Part shown: in pieces, positions 32,501 to 41,994 of the stretch | Layout of the letters: every line of letters begins with the position of its first letter | Numbering within the stretch: the stretch's first letter is position 1 | Source: Oxalobacter sp. | GTDB taxonomy: Bacteria; Pseudomonadota; Gammaproteobacteria; Burkholderiales; Burkholderiaceae_D | Direction: 5' to 3' | NCBI GenBank assembly: GCA_016291665.1 | Contig: JAEEYE010000001.1 | Span: 55,021-119,020 of the forward strand | Length of the DNA: 64,000 nt | Position numbers and translations under genes: made by a program | The notes under the pieces: generated by a model | The model's database searches: none | Seen by the model: the letters and a program-made list of their open reading frames with translations, nothing else | Told to the model about the DNA's origin: nothing

Positions 32501-34570
32501 ATCAGAATTAAAAAGCTTGAACATGGAATCGTAATCCGTCCTGAACTTACGGTACAAGGTATCGCAGTCAAGCGTTAAGATGTCTTTCTCGAATTCTCCT
32601 AAGACGCCTTCCCTGATTGCAGCGTATGCGTCGGCATGCTCACGCAACATTGCCAGGTTCTTCTCTACGCTACTCAAGTCACCAGCCTCGCTAAGGGCCT
32701 TGTAGGATGGAGTATTCTCAATGAAAACACGTAATGCATCGCGATGTTCATTAAGGGAAGCCATTGTCGACAGTTTTTCAAAACCACCGAAGTCCGCTTG
32801 CGGATCCGCTGCGCGTAAGGCATCATGCAACCCGACAATTTCCTGGCGCGCCCCCTCAAAAATTTTCTGCGTATCCTTGCAGTAAGCAATCTCATCTGCC
32901 AACGAGGCCGTATCCGCATCAAGAAGCCAGCCTGCCGGTACTTGCCGAGCCTCATGGATGGATGCCAGCATACCCTGCGCAGCATCAAAACCCGCATGGC
33001 TTTCCGTAATATCCAGTCCCAGCTGAGCCTTAATTTCGTTACCCAGAGCGATGAGTTTCTTCGACGCACTCTGGAGATTCTGCAGGTTCATCGCAATGCC
33101 TTGACGCAGTGCATTCGTCAAAACCGGAATCCGGTTTGCGCCATACCAGGGATTGTTGCTGAGATCGCCATCCATCCCCTGGAGCCCCCTGACCAAGGTC
33201 TGAAGGGTTTCCGTCAGTTCAAAGAAACGCTTATCCGATATCTGACGGACATCCGCAATCGAAAAAGGCAAGTCGGGATACTTCTCAAGTTTCGTCAATT
33301 CACCATATGCATCGTAAATGGTCTTATTGAGTGGTTTGATTTCGGTATAGATTTCCCGAGAATAGTTGTTAAGAATCTGCTTGTAGCTATCAAGACGGAC
33401 GAGTTCCTGATAAGCATCATTCTTGATGATGATTTTCTGTTCCGAACGATGTAAAACCTGCTCGAACTGGTTCATTACGGACTTCTTGTTTGCCTTATGG
33501 CTGTGCATAATCAGACAGAAGTCCCCCAATCCCACATTGACAAGGCGGCGGTAAACCACTTCAAGCGCTGCCATTTTCTCAGCAACGAAAAGGACTTTCT
33601 TACCGTTCGCCAGGCACTCAGCAATGATATTGGTAATGGTCTGGCTTTTCCCTGTGCCGGGGGGACCTTGTAGGATGAAACTGATCCCTTTCTTCGCGCA
33701 GAGGACAGCCTCCTGCTGACTAGAATCTGCATCAACGACCTGGAAGGTCTTCATTGGAGAAAGTTCATCAGATCCGTCAAGGTTACTGAAGTCTGGAATG
33801 GAGAAATCAACAGCCGAACTATCACCCGCGATAGCACGGATCAGTTTACTGTTTAAGATAGCCTCTTCATTTTTCTTGAGGTCATCATACATGCTGAGCT
33901 TTAAGAAGTGGAACAGGCCGACACCGACTTCTTCCTGGATGCTCCACTCTTTATTATCCAAAATCTCCTTGAGTTTACCGATATATTCTTTTAAATCTGC
34001 CTCATGCTCGAATTCAGGCACCTTCAATCCATAAGTATCTTCAAGCATGAATTTCAATGTCGGATTAAAGACAATTTCATCTTCATGGAGTCCAAGGACA
34101 AACGGCGCACGGATGTTTTCCCATGAAATCGTAACAGGCACCAAAATGAGCGGTGCATCGAAGTAAACCTTCGCACCATTCTTCTCATTCCAACGCAGAA
34201 AACCAAACGCCATATAGAGGACGTTAATACCCTGCTCTTCTTGGAAAAGTTGTGCTTTTTTCTTTAGGTTCCGTAAGGCGCGTTGGCGTTCTCCAGGCGT
34301 ATCATCGGTAACCGTATCACGTTGAGCCTTTGTCCGTGTAGCCGGTTTTTCTGCTGACGCCGTCACGCCAGCCGCTTCTTCAGTTACCAAAGGGAAGGTG
34401 ATTTTCTGTTCTTTCTGGACAAAGCTTTCCCAAAGCTCAAAAAGGGGAGGCTCAACAATTTTCAGATTCGTTCCTTTGCGAAACCTAAAGTTCAGCAAAG
34501 GATTTCGTTTACTTAAATCAAGCAGTTTGGTTTTCCATTTTTCCAGCTTTTCTTTTAGATTTACCGCCAT
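29516..34570 (-). CDS. Giant DUF4011-like / Upf1-like SF1 helicase / Vsr-DUF559-like nuclease / DUF3320-like protein (Hhe-type candidate defence protein)
   Basis: Walker A GPPGTGKSQT (aa 302-311). Motif II VIFDEASQ (aa 1063-1070). IIVGDSKQMPPT, WHYRSRHEHLI, VQGDERDTIIFS and RRLNVAITRAK helicase motifs. Nuclease-like YRIDLAV..IAIECDGASYH..ERDRIRPDVLQGMGWKTYRIWSPDW (aa 1393-1452). Confidence 0.85.
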   Translation of the reverse strand: MAVNLKEKLEKWKTKLLDLSKRNPLLNFRFRKGTNLKIVEPPLFELWESFVQKEQKITFPLVTEEAAGVTASAEKPATRTKAQRDTVTDDTPGERQRALRNLKKKAQLFQEEQGINVLYMAFGFLRWNEKNGAKVYFDAPLILVPVTISWENIRAPFVLGLHEDEIVFNPTLKFMLEDTYGLKVPEFEHEADLKEYIGKLKEILDNKEWSIQEEVGVGLFHFLKLSMYDDLKKNEEAILNSKLIRAIAGDSSAVDFSIPDFSNLDGSDELSPMKTFQVVDADSSQQEAVLCAKKGISFILQGPPGTGKSQTITNIIAECLANGKKVLFVAEKMAALEVVYRRLVNVGLGDFCLIMHSHKANKKSVMNQFEQVLHRSEQKIIIKNDAYQELVRLDSYKQILNNYSREIYTEIKPLNKTIYDAYGELTKLEKYPDLPFSIADVRQISDKRFFELTETLQTLVRGLQGMDGDLSNNPWYGANRIPVLTNALRQGIAMNLQNLQSASKKLIALGNEIKAQLGLDITESHAGFDAAQGMLASIHEARQVPAGWLLDADTASLADEIAYCKDTQKIFEGARQEIVGLHDALRAADPQADFGGFEKLSTMASLNEHRDALRVFIENTPSYKALSEAGDLSSVEKNLAMLREHADAYAAIREGVLGEFEKDILTLDCDTLYRKFRTDYDSMFKLFNSDYRNDKKLIESMSIRVGAELSDEHIIDVLGKLRQMKEHKVFLQEKEPMAAQLFGSAYQGVDTDFAALEKGIAAFKLLQACQQKLNALQTYVGIFDDQDATLRQHYEGLYTGMETDWDDVRGALEWANGFRNAIAPMADRETLVRKVCEESEATKSQAAAFLTKLKEEMAGYTAYNTGFTQLFDNPDSFYHLSFNELSQRYEACLNGMMQLQDWIDYRGAAAKCAQSGLDDFMKQCEAAKLPNDQIVSTFQKRFYNLWLDSVLPEYPSVATFRRKQQDALIAEFKALDKKQFDVARNRISAELTNKLPSFSAFTSGGDEISILKRELAKQRRIMPVRRLFQKIPNLVRMLKPCLMMSPLTVSLFLESKDFIFDTVIFDEASQVCTENALGAIVRGKQVIIVGDSKQMPPTSFFNVSADGNFDEYDEENEEANDVFESLLDEASLLPEKTLLWHYRSRHEHLIAFSNAEIYQNRLVTFPSWMAEMPDIGVEYVHVPDGVYDRGGRKGNAIEAQKIAEMVFAHFEACKQGRFNRSLGVIAFGIVQQQAIEAALRRLRSEHPEYEEYFNEGVEEPFFVKSLENVQGDERDTIIFSIGYAKGPDGKMVMNFGPLGQQGGERRLNVAITRAKFNIKLVGSILPTDIDVSRITTEGPKLLKAYMEFAIQGQQALLPAAKANASQEEPLETAIHDLLVSKGYQVDTQVGCSGYRIDLAVRHPDYSGCYAIAIECDGASYHAAKTARERDRIRPDVLQGMGWKTYRIWSPDWVKDPQAEGQRLIEAVEDAIKNFKLDIAPPVKPPVKTEGGETPKEEEMVVVTAAEETDTANPYHFDPAPEVVVPSTMSPKGPFGRQTCLKYLITTYFPVHVDVLTKAIYAGVPKITPAMKAELQADMKLIEDNDLYKRKGDFFYPPVIKEMPARLKGDRMITHIAQDEIQAALLKVAKTRVGINQSALITETVHGFGFKQKTPKLNEVFTAAFEDLVSRGKVSKDEEGIVSVL

Positions 34571-34760
34571 GGCCTTAATTCCCCTAAATGACTGTCAAAA
34601 TGCATCTCACTATCGAGTCGAGAGTCAATATCGATTTCGAAAGTATAACCGATTACTCATTTGAGAAAAGAAGACTCAAAAGAACAACCTCTACGGAATT
34701 TCTGTAACCATATTCTGCTAGAATTCTAGGTGCATACCTGTACTTATAAAGGAACCCATC

Positions 34761-35183
34761 ATGATCAAGAAACTTCTTACCGGCGCTATACTCCTAGCAA
34801 GCGCAACAGCATTCGCCCAACCTAGGGGACATCACCATCATGGCGGTTATATGATGAAATACAATATGTCAAAGGTGAAATACTATGATGGCGCCTCCAA
34901 GGAAAGACTGAAATGCCACGATCACGGCAGATTATTTACGACTGAACACCATGGTTGGAGAAAAGAAGTTGGTGTCTGCCAATACAGTCGGAACAGCAAC
35001 CGAGCAAGCTGGATTGCTGTCACAGATGGCGGTTCGCATGGCTCACTAGGTAGAGACTGCACTCTAGACTCCGCCTATGGCTGGGAATGCCGAAGCTGGG
35101 ATCGTATCCACCGAGTCGAATTCAGCACGTCCCAGGAAGAACGCATCTATGAAAGAGATATCCGTGCGAAAGTCGCCCGTTAA
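34761..35183 (+). CDS. Exported His/Cys-rich hypothetical protein
   Basis: Signal peptide MIKKLLTGAILLASATAFA/QP, then an HHHH run, further His residues and 4 Cys. AAGGAA Shine-Dalgarno. No family recognised. Confidence 0.6.
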   Translation: MIKKLLTGAILLASATAFAQPRGHHHHGGYMMKYNMSKVKYYDGASKERLKCHDHGRLFTTEHHGWRKEVGVCQYSRNSNRASWIAVTDGGSHGSLGRDCTLDSAYGWECRSWDRIHRVEFSTSQEERIYERDIRAKVAR

Positions 35184-35195
35184 TTCTCTCCTTTT

Positions 35196-35225
35196 TCAAC
35201 AGCAACCTCATGCGGTTGCTGTTGA
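35196..35225 (+). terminator. Hairpin terminator after the His-rich protein gene
   Basis: TCAACAGCAACC-tcatgc-GGTTGCTGTTGA (12-bp stem) followed by a weak T-tract, GATATTTTA. Confidence 0.5.
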
Positions 35226-35246
35226 GATATTTTACCTTCGCAAACA

Positions 35247-36122
35247 CTACAGATTCCGGCCTGCGTAATCCCTGGCAAATTGGTAGGCTGTACGCCCTGT
35301 TCGAGAGCCCCGTTGCAAAGCCCATTGCAACGCTTCCGTCCTAGACTGCGCAATCATATCTTCTGGGCAACCAAACGACTCCAGCCAATGCCTACAAATG
35401 GCAAGGTATTCATCCTGCGTATAGGAATAGAAAGACAACCACAGCCCGAAGCGGTCGGAAAGCGAGATTTTTTCATCAGATGTCTCGCCTGGATGGATGT
35501 CACCGTTGTCATCAAGATGGTAACCCAAGTTGTCCGACTGCTTTTCTTCTAGCAAATGACGACGATTAGACGTCGCATAGATCAACACATTATCCGGCTG
35601 GGCTGACAAGCTACCATCCAAAGCCGCTTTCAATGTCTTGTAACTGCTATCCCCTTCGTCAAACGAAAGGTCATCACAATAAAGAATGAATTTTTCTGGA
35701 CGGGATGCAACCAGATCTGAAATATCATCCAAGTCCATCAAATCATTCTTGTCCACCTCAATCAAGCGGAGTCCTTGGTCTGCAAAACGGTTCAGGCAAG
35801 CACGAACCAAGGATGATTTTCCCGTCCCCCTTGCCCCAGTCATCAGGACGTTGTTTGCAGGCTTCCCTTGAATGAACTGCAGGGTGTTCTGTTCAAGCAG
35901 GGCTTTTTGGCGATCCAAGAAAAACAGGTCGGACATCGCAACTGGAGAAATATGCGCAATCGCTTTTAAGGTACCGACACCATTTTTCCGACGCCACCGA
36001 TAAGCAGCAGTTGGGGTATTCCAGTCGATCGGGGCAACACCTTGCGCTGCCGGCAATACGGCTTCCAAACGGGTGAGCACAGCATCAGCGTGCTCCAGCA
36101 ATTTCTCCAGCTTATCCATCAT
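35247..36122 (-). CDS. DUF815-family AAA ATPase
   Basis: Walker [10 protein letters not shown] and Walker [14 protein letters not shown] overlap with the argJ stop. Confidence 0.85.
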   Translation of the reverse strand: MMDKLEKLLEHADAVLTRLEAVLPAAQGVAPIDWNTPTAAYRWRRKNGVGTLKAIAHISPVAMSDLFFLDRQKALLEQNTLQFIQGKPANNVLMTGARGTGKSSLVRACLNRFADQGLRLIEVDKNDLMDLDDISDLVASRPEKFILYCDDLSFDEGDSSYKTLKAALDGSLSAQPDNVLIYATSNRRHLLEEKQSDNLGYHLDDNGDIHPGETSDEKISLSDRFGLWLSFYSYTQDEYLAICRHWLESFGCPEDMIAQSRTEALQWALQRGSRTGRTAYQFARDYAGRNL

Positions 36123-37357
36123 GAGCGGTAATCCGCGTTAATAGACACATAATCGTGAGACAGATCACACGTCCAGACTGTTGATGTCGCTTCACCACGT
36201 CCCAAGACAACACGGACAAGGATTTCAGGCTTACTCATAACACGCTGCCCATCTTCTTCCAAATAATCAGGGTTACGGCCACCGTCCTTAGCAACCAAGA
36301 CATCATCGAGATAGAGCTTGAGATTCTCAACGTCTAAGTCCTCAACACCCGCATAGCCAATTGCCGCCAAGATACGCCCTAAATTAGGATCGGAGGCGAA
36401 AAACGCCGTCTTAACTAAAGGCGAATGGGCGATTGCATAGGCAATCTGACGGCACTCTTCTTCAGTCTTACCCTGTTCGACGGTAATCGTAATGAACTTA
36501 GAAGCGCCTTCCCCATCACGGATAATCTTCTGGGAAAGTTCCTGTGCCAGATTGGTTATGGTATCCAAAAGCGCCTGATAGTTGGCCGATTTCGCATCGG
36601 TAATGCCTACGTCAACCTTACCAGTTGCCATCATGATCAGGGAGTCATTCGTTGAGGTATCTCCATCAACCGTAATGCAGTTAAAGGACTTATCGACCGC
36701 ATATTGCAGCATTCCCTCCAGGACAGGCTGTGGAATGGCCGCATCCGTTGCCATGAATCCCAACATAGTTGCCATATTCGGATGGATCATGCCAGCCCCC
36801 TTACAGATGCCTGTAATGGTCACAGTCTTACCATCCAACACCAAAGTCCGTGATGACGCCTTAGGCGTGGTGTCCGTCGTCATGATGGCTTCCGCCGCAT
36901 TCAACCAGTTATCTGCTTTGAGATCTGCTACAGCAGCGGGTAACCCTGCGACGACCTTATCTGCAGGCAGCGGTTCAAGGATAACCCCTGTAGAAAACGG
37001 CAACACCTGTTCAGGAGAAACTCCCAAAAGCTTCGCTAAAGCAGAGCTTGTCTCAATTGCATCCCGGTAACCTGGATCCCCAGTCCCAGCATTGGCGTTA
37101 CCTGTATTGACCATCAATGCACGGATGGACTTACCTGATGCCTTAACGCTTTCTAGGTTTTCTCGGCAAACATGCACGGGGGCTGCACAGAAGCGGTTCT
37201 TCGTGAAAACGCCTGCAACTGTTGCGCCTTCAGACAAACGGATGACCAACAGGTCTTTACGGTTTTCTTTCTTGATTGCAGCCATTGCATAACCCAATTC
37301 AAGACCATCAACAGGCTTGAGTTCAGATGCAACAGGGAGCGGGAGATTCACAGCCAT
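36119..37357 (-). CDS. argJ: Bifunctional glutamate N-acetyltransferase / amino-acid acetyltransferase
   Basis: 412 aa. Autoprocessing-site context [15 protein letters not shown]. Ends VSINADYRS. Confidence 0.95.
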   Translation of the reverse strand: MAVNLPLPVASELKPVDGLELGYAMAAIKKENRKDLLVIRLSEGATVAGVFTKNRFCAAPVHVCRENLESVKASGKSIRALMVNTGNANAGTGDPGYRDAIETSSALAKLLGVSPEQVLPFSTGVILEPLPADKVVAGLPAAVADLKADNWLNAAEAIMTTDTTPKASSRTLVLDGKTVTITGICKGAGMIHPNMATMLGFMATDAAIPQPVLEGMLQYAVDKSFNCITVDGDTSTNDSLIMMATGKVDVGITDAKSANYQALLDTITNLAQELSQKIIRDGEGASKFITITVEQGKTEEECRQIAYAIAHSPLVKTAFFASDPNLGRILAAIGYAGVEDLDVENLKLYLDDVLVAKDGGRNPDYLEEDGQRVMSKPEILVRVVLGRGEATSTVWTCDLSHDYVSINADYRS

Positions 37358-37402
37358 TTTTCCATCCTTTCAAAAAAACCTTTGTTACCTACCTATCAGG
37401 GC

Positions 37403-40180
37403 TTATACCAATTTACCGTGGCAATGCTTGTATTTCTTGCCACTACCACATGGACAAGGCTCATTTCGACCAACACGTGGAACACTGCCTCCTTGCTTTC
37501 CACTGTCACTATCGGCATCACTAATCGTGGTCTTGATAGTAATTTTCTGATCCTGCTGGGCAGCGGCCGCTGCTGCCATCGCTTCTTCCAATGCCAACCT
37601 TTCTGCTTCTGCACGTTGCGCCATCGCCAACTGTTCGGCTTCTACTTCTTCACGTGTCCTGATCTGAACCAAGAAAAGTACTTTCGTCGCATCATCACGG
37701 ATCATCCTGAGCATCTGGTCGAAAAGCTTGAACGATTCAAACTTGTATTCCTGTTCCGGATTCTTGTGTGCATATCCTCTCAAGTGAATACCTTTACGCA
37801 AGTGTTCCAAGGATGACAAATGCTCACGCCAGAAATTGTCCATACTCTGAAGGATGACACCTCGTTCGTATTCAATCCATGCCTCGCGGTCAACCATATC
37901 AATCTTCGCTTCATAGCGGCTATCAACAACACGAAGCAATTCTTCCAAGAGATCATCATCGGTCATTGCCTTGTTTTCTTCGAGCATCTTTGCCATCGGC
38001 ATATCAATCTGCCAGACATTCTTCAACTCTTTTTCAAGGCCTGTAATATCCCACTGTTCTTCAATAGACTCTTCTGGGACATAGGAACGATACAGATCCG
38101 TAAAGGTACCGTGACGTAAATCACGTGCCAATTCTGAGGTATCTGCCATTTCCAACAACTCATTACGCTGCTGGTAAAGTACCTTACGCTGGTCATTGGC
38201 AACGTCGTCATACTTCAAAAGCTGCTTACGCATATCGAAGTTGTGACCTTCAACTTTGCGCTGGGCGGACTCAATCGAACGTGTAACAAGTTTCGATTCA
38301 ATGGCCTCACCATATGGCATATTCAACCGGTTCATGATGTTGCGCATCGTGTCACCAGCAAATATCCTTAAAAGTTCGTCATCAAGCGAAAGGTAAAAAC
38401 GCGAGGAACCAGGATCCCCTTGGCGGGCAGAACGGCCACGCAGCTGATTGTCCACACGCCTAGACTCATGACGTTCCGTGCCAATAATGTGTAGACCACC
38501 TTGCGCCAAGACAAAATCATGCAACGACTGCCATTCTTCCTGAAGTTTCTTGATCCGCGCTTCTTTTTCCGCTTCAGGGATTGTTTCGTCAGCTCTTAAA
38601 AACTCAACCTGTTTTTCGACATTACCACCAAGAACAATATCGGTACCGCGGCCAGCCATATTGGTCGCAATGGTGATCATCTTAGGGCGACCTGCCTGCG
38701 CAACAATCTGGGCCTCTTTCGCATGCTGCTTTGCATTCAGCACATTATGCGGAATCCCCATCTTTGTGAGGTAGGCAGAAAGCCGCTCTGAATTTTCAAT
38801 GGATGTCGTACCCACCAAAACAGGCTGTCCCCGCTCATAACAATCCCGGATATCCGCCAGAACTGCTTCATATTTTTCTTCCTCAGAACGGTAAACCAAG
38901 TCTGATGCATCCTTACGCAGATTTGGACGGTTCGTCGGTATAACAACCGTTTCTAAACCGTAAATGTCCTGGAACTCATATGCTTCCGTATCAGCAGTAC
39001 CCGTCATGCCAGAAAGTTTTTTGTACATACGGAAATAGTTCTGGAACGTAATCGATGCCAATGTCTGGTTTTCATTCTGGATTTTGACGTGTTCCTTGGC
39101 TTCAATCGCCTGATGCAAACCTTCGGACCAACGACGACCTTCCATCAAACGTCCGGTAAATTCGTCAACAATGACGATTTCCCCATTCTGAACAACATAA
39201 TGCTGATCTCGGTGGTACAACGCATGCGCACGCAAAGCAGCATACAGATGATGGACTAAGATAATGTGTGCCGCGTCATAAAGAGAAGCGCCTTTCTGCA
39301 GGAGCCCCATTTCAGACAGGATTTTCTCAGCCTTCTCATAACCGGCATCCGTCAGATAGACCTGGCGCGTCTTTTCATCTTTCGTATAATCGCCAGGAAC
39401 CTCAATCTTGCCTTTACCATCCTTGGTTTCTTCACCGATCTGCAAAGTCAATTTAGGCGGAATCTCATTGATCCGTTCATACAGATCATTGGAATCCTCC
39501 GCTTGGCCAGAAATAATCAACGGCGTACGCGCTTCGTCAATTAAAATGGAGTCCACCTCGTCAACAATACCGTAGGAAAGGCCACGCTGGACACGGTCAC
39601 TCACGTGATAGACCATGTTGTCACGCAAATAGTCAAACCCATATTCATTGTTGGTTCCGTAGGTGATGTCTGCCGCATAAGCCTCACGCTTCTGTTCGTG
39701 ATTCATGCTTGGCAGATTGACCCCGGTCGTCAGGCCAAGGAACCCATACACACGGGACATCCACTCCGCGTCACGCTGTGCCAAATAGTCATTGACCGTC
39801 ACCACGTGTACGCCTTCTCCCGTCAATGCATTCAGGTAGGCAGGCAATGTTGCTACCAGTGTCTTGCCTTCACCAGTTGCCATTTCAGCAATCTTGCCAT
39901 AGTGAAGCGCCATCCCACCAATCAACTGGACATCAAAGTGACGCATCTTGAGTACACGCTTACTTGCTTCACGGCAGACTGCAAAAGCTTCTGGCAACAG
40001 GTTGTCTAAAGATTCACCATTGGCCAAACGACGCTTAAATTCTGGCGTCTTAGCCTGGAGTTCCTCGTCCGAGAGCGCCTCCATGGCAGGTTCCAAAGCA
40101 TTAATCTGTGTTACGGTCTTCCCGTAACGCTTCAGCAGACGGGAATTCCGACTACCAAATATACTGGTAAGAAAGGACAT
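37403..40180 (-). CDS. secA: Preprotein translocase ATPase SecA
   Basis: 925 aa. [14 protein letters not shown] Walker [20 protein letters not shown], and the C-terminal zinc motif [14 protein letters not shown]. Confidence 0.98.
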   Translation of the reverse strand: MSFLTSIFGSRNSRLLKRYGKTVTQINALEPAMEALSDEELQAKTPEFKRRLANGESLDNLLPEAFAVCREASKRVLKMRHFDVQLIGGMALHYGKIAEMATGEGKTLVATLPAYLNALTGEGVHVVTVNDYLAQRDAEWMSRVYGFLGLTTGVNLPSMNHEQKREAYAADITYGTNNEYGFDYLRDNMVYHVSDRVQRGLSYGIVDEVDSILIDEARTPLIISGQAEDSNDLYERINEIPPKLTLQIGEETKDGKGKIEVPGDYTKDEKTRQVYLTDAGYEKAEKILSEMGLLQKGASLYDAAHIILVHHLYAALRAHALYHRDQHYVVQNGEIVIVDEFTGRLMEGRRWSEGLHQAIEAKEHVKIQNENQTLASITFQNYFRMYKKLSGMTGTADTEAYEFQDIYGLETVVIPTNRPNLRKDASDLVYRSEEEKYEAVLADIRDCYERGQPVLVGTTSIENSERLSAYLTKMGIPHNVLNAKQHAKEAQIVAQAGRPKMITIATNMAGRGTDIVLGGNVEKQVEFLRADETIPEAEKEARIKKLQEEWQSLHDFVLAQGGLHIIGTERHESRRVDNQLRGRSARQGDPGSSRFYLSLDDELLRIFAGDTMRNIMNRLNMPYGEAIESKLVTRSIESAQRKVEGHNFDMRKQLLKYDDVANDQRKVLYQQRNELLEMADTSELARDLRHGTFTDLYRSYVPEESIEEQWDITGLEKELKNVWQIDMPMAKMLEENKAMTDDDLLEELLRVVDSRYEAKIDMVDREAWIEYERGVILQSMDNFWREHLSSLEHLRKGIHLRGYAHKNPEQEYKFESFKLFDQMLRMIRDDATKVLFLVQIRTREEVEAEQLAMAQRAEAERLALEEAMAAAAAAQQDQKITIKTTISDADSDSGKQGGSVPRVGRNEPCPCGSGKKYKHCHGKLV

Positions 40181-40416
40181 GACACATCCATCAAATTAAG
40201 CGGACTGACAAAGCAACCCGCACAACAACAAGCCCTGTCTGAAAATCCAGGGCAGAAAATGCGTAATGTTACATTCTATCATGCCATTTTCATCGTTAAA
40301 CGGCTTTAAGCAACATCAACGCGTACCCAGCAGACAATGAGGTCAATCCACACGATTTTCAAGGACAAAGGGTTGTTTTCTCCCACCACTGTACGGTATG
40401 TTTAGAGTCTCTGACA

Positions 40417-40890
40417 TTGCTTGCGACCACTCATCCGATAATGGAAAAAAAAGGCTCCTTCTCAGCACCGACCTCCTACCTAAACGGCGAGGCCAAAATG
40501 GACCGCCTCTTTAGGATCGCCAACAAATATGCCGCCATCAAAGCGGACTGCACCAAACTCATGCCACAGTGGTTTAACCAATGCAGCATCCTCAATTTTG
40601 AAAATGGCGTCCTCTCCATTGGCGTACCCAACCAGTCGATGATGGCCCGGGTCAAATTAAACTCATCGCTCCTTATGCAAGGCCTTGCCATACGCGGATG
40701 GGACGTTTCAAAACTCCGATTCAAGGTCGTTTTGGACAGAATTCCAAACAATGAGAGACCTCCTGCAAGAGAAAAGCACCTTTCAGAAAAAGCAAGGGCT
40801 TCTTTCGAAGCCCTTTACAGAAACCTGGATGAAAACGGCGCCCAGTCAACATTGAAAGACGCCGTCAAAAACCTCCTGAAACGCCGTTAA
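40417..40890 (+). CDS. DUF721 (DciA-like) domain protein
   Basis: Pattern ..NGVLSIGVPNQSMMARVKLNSSLLMQGL..KLRFKV resembles DUF721. Divergent from secA. The true start may be the ATG at 40498 (MDRLFRI). Confidence 0.6.
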   Translation: MLATTHPIMEKKGSFSAPTSYLNGEAKMDRLFRIANKYAAIKADCTKLMPQWFNQCSILNFENGVLSIGVPNQSMMARVKLNSSLLMQGLAIRGWDVSKLRFKVVLDRIPNNERPPAREKHLSEKARASFEALYRNLDENGAQSTLKDAVKNLLKRR

Positions 40891-40892
40891 CC

Positions 40893-41828
40893 TTAAGCCG
40901 GTACCCATTCGAGGTTTGAACGTTCAACCATATCGGCTGGTGCCTGCTTCTCATTATCAAAGGAAACCACCTCATAGGCATCAGGCTGTGCCAAAAGCTG
41001 CCGGATCAGCTGGTTGTTTAAGGCGTGTCCCGACTTATGTGCCGTATAGGATGCGAGCATTGGCATCCCAATGTTATAAAGGTCACCGATTGCATCCAAG
41101 ATCTTATGGCGCACAAACTCATCCTCATAGCGCAACCCATAAGCATTCAGGATGTGATACTCGTCCATGACGATGGCGTTCTCAAGGGAACCACCCCGTG
41201 CAAGTCCCATGCTACGCAGCAGCTCAACATCCTTCACAAAACCGAAAGTCCGCGCGCGGGACACATCACGAACATAGGAATCCCGTCCAAAATCAACAAC
41301 CGCACGCTGGTGCGTCGACTTGATGGCGGGATGATTGAATTCAATAAAAAAGTCGAGCTTAAAACCATTGTAAGGTTCAAGCCTTGCCCATTTCTCATCA
41401 CCAGGTTTGCCTTCGGTGACCTCGACCGTCTTCTTCAGATGGATGTATTTCTTAGGCGCATCCTGTTCCTTTAAGCCTGCCTGCTGGAGCAGGAAAACAA
41501 ATGTGGAAGCAGACCCGTCCATAATCGGAATCTCTTCAGCACTAACATCAATATGCAAATTGTCGATTCCCAAACCACAACAAGCTGACATCAAATGCTC
41601 GATTGTAGAAATCCTGACTCCATCCTTAACAAGGGTTGACGCCAGCATTGTTTCACCAATAGCTTCTGCACTCACAGGAATGGTCACTTGGGGATTCAAA
41701 TCTGTCCTGTGGAAAACGATACCTGTCCCAGGCGCTGCTGGACGTAACGTAAGCTTCACCTTGTAACCGGAATGCAGGCCGATACCAACCGTCGTCGTAG
41801 CCCGCTGGATTGTCCGTTGTTTCAGCAT
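40893..41828 (-). CDS. lpxC: UDP-3-O-acyl-N-acetylglucosamine deacetylase (start trimmed)
   Basis: [21 protein letters not shown] is a canonical LpxC N-terminus. [11 protein letters not shown] lies near the C-terminus. Confidence 0.96.
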   Translation of the reverse strand: MLKQRTIQRATTTVGIGLHSGYKVKLTLRPAAPGTGIVFHRTDLNPQVTIPVSAEAIGETMLASTLVKDGVRISTIEHLMSACCGLGIDNLHIDVSAEEIPIMDGSASTFVFLLQQAGLKEQDAPKKYIHLKKTVEVTEGKPGDEKWARLEPYNGFKLDFFIEFNHPAIKSTHQRAVVDFGRDSYVRDVSRARTFGFVKDVELLRSMGLARGGSLENAIVMDEYHILNAYGLRYEDEFVRHKILDAIGDLYNIGMPMLASYTAHKSGHALNNQLIRQLLAQPDAYEVVSFDNEKQAPADMVERSNLEWVPA

Positions 41829-41904
41829 AATCTCGACATAAAAGGAGCTTAAAGCCCCCAACCTCATCTATAACCTGATAATTTTAAATCTTCTTCCCCT
41901 GTCC

Positions 41905-41987
41905 TTACAGAAGTTAGCATAAAACCATCCGGCAAACTGTGAACTTCTGTAACAGGAAGGCAACAACAGGAGCCTCTGTTGCCTTCC
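41905..41987 (-). promoter_or_regulatory. Two 11-bp-stem hairpins between ftsZ and lpxC
   Basis: GGAAGGCAACA/TGTTGCCTTCC (41955-41987) and TTACAGAAGTT/AACTTCTGTAA (41905-41952). No clear U-tract. Confidence 0.45.
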
Positions 41988-41994
41988 CGCTTCC

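Noticed and set aside
35247-36122. The DUF815 AAA ATPase bordering the islet as a possible fourth component of the helicase module.
   Set aside because: Its start overlaps the argJ stop (ATGA), so it belongs to the argJ operon. It is separated from the islet by a 12-bp-stem hairpin and a convergently oriented gene.
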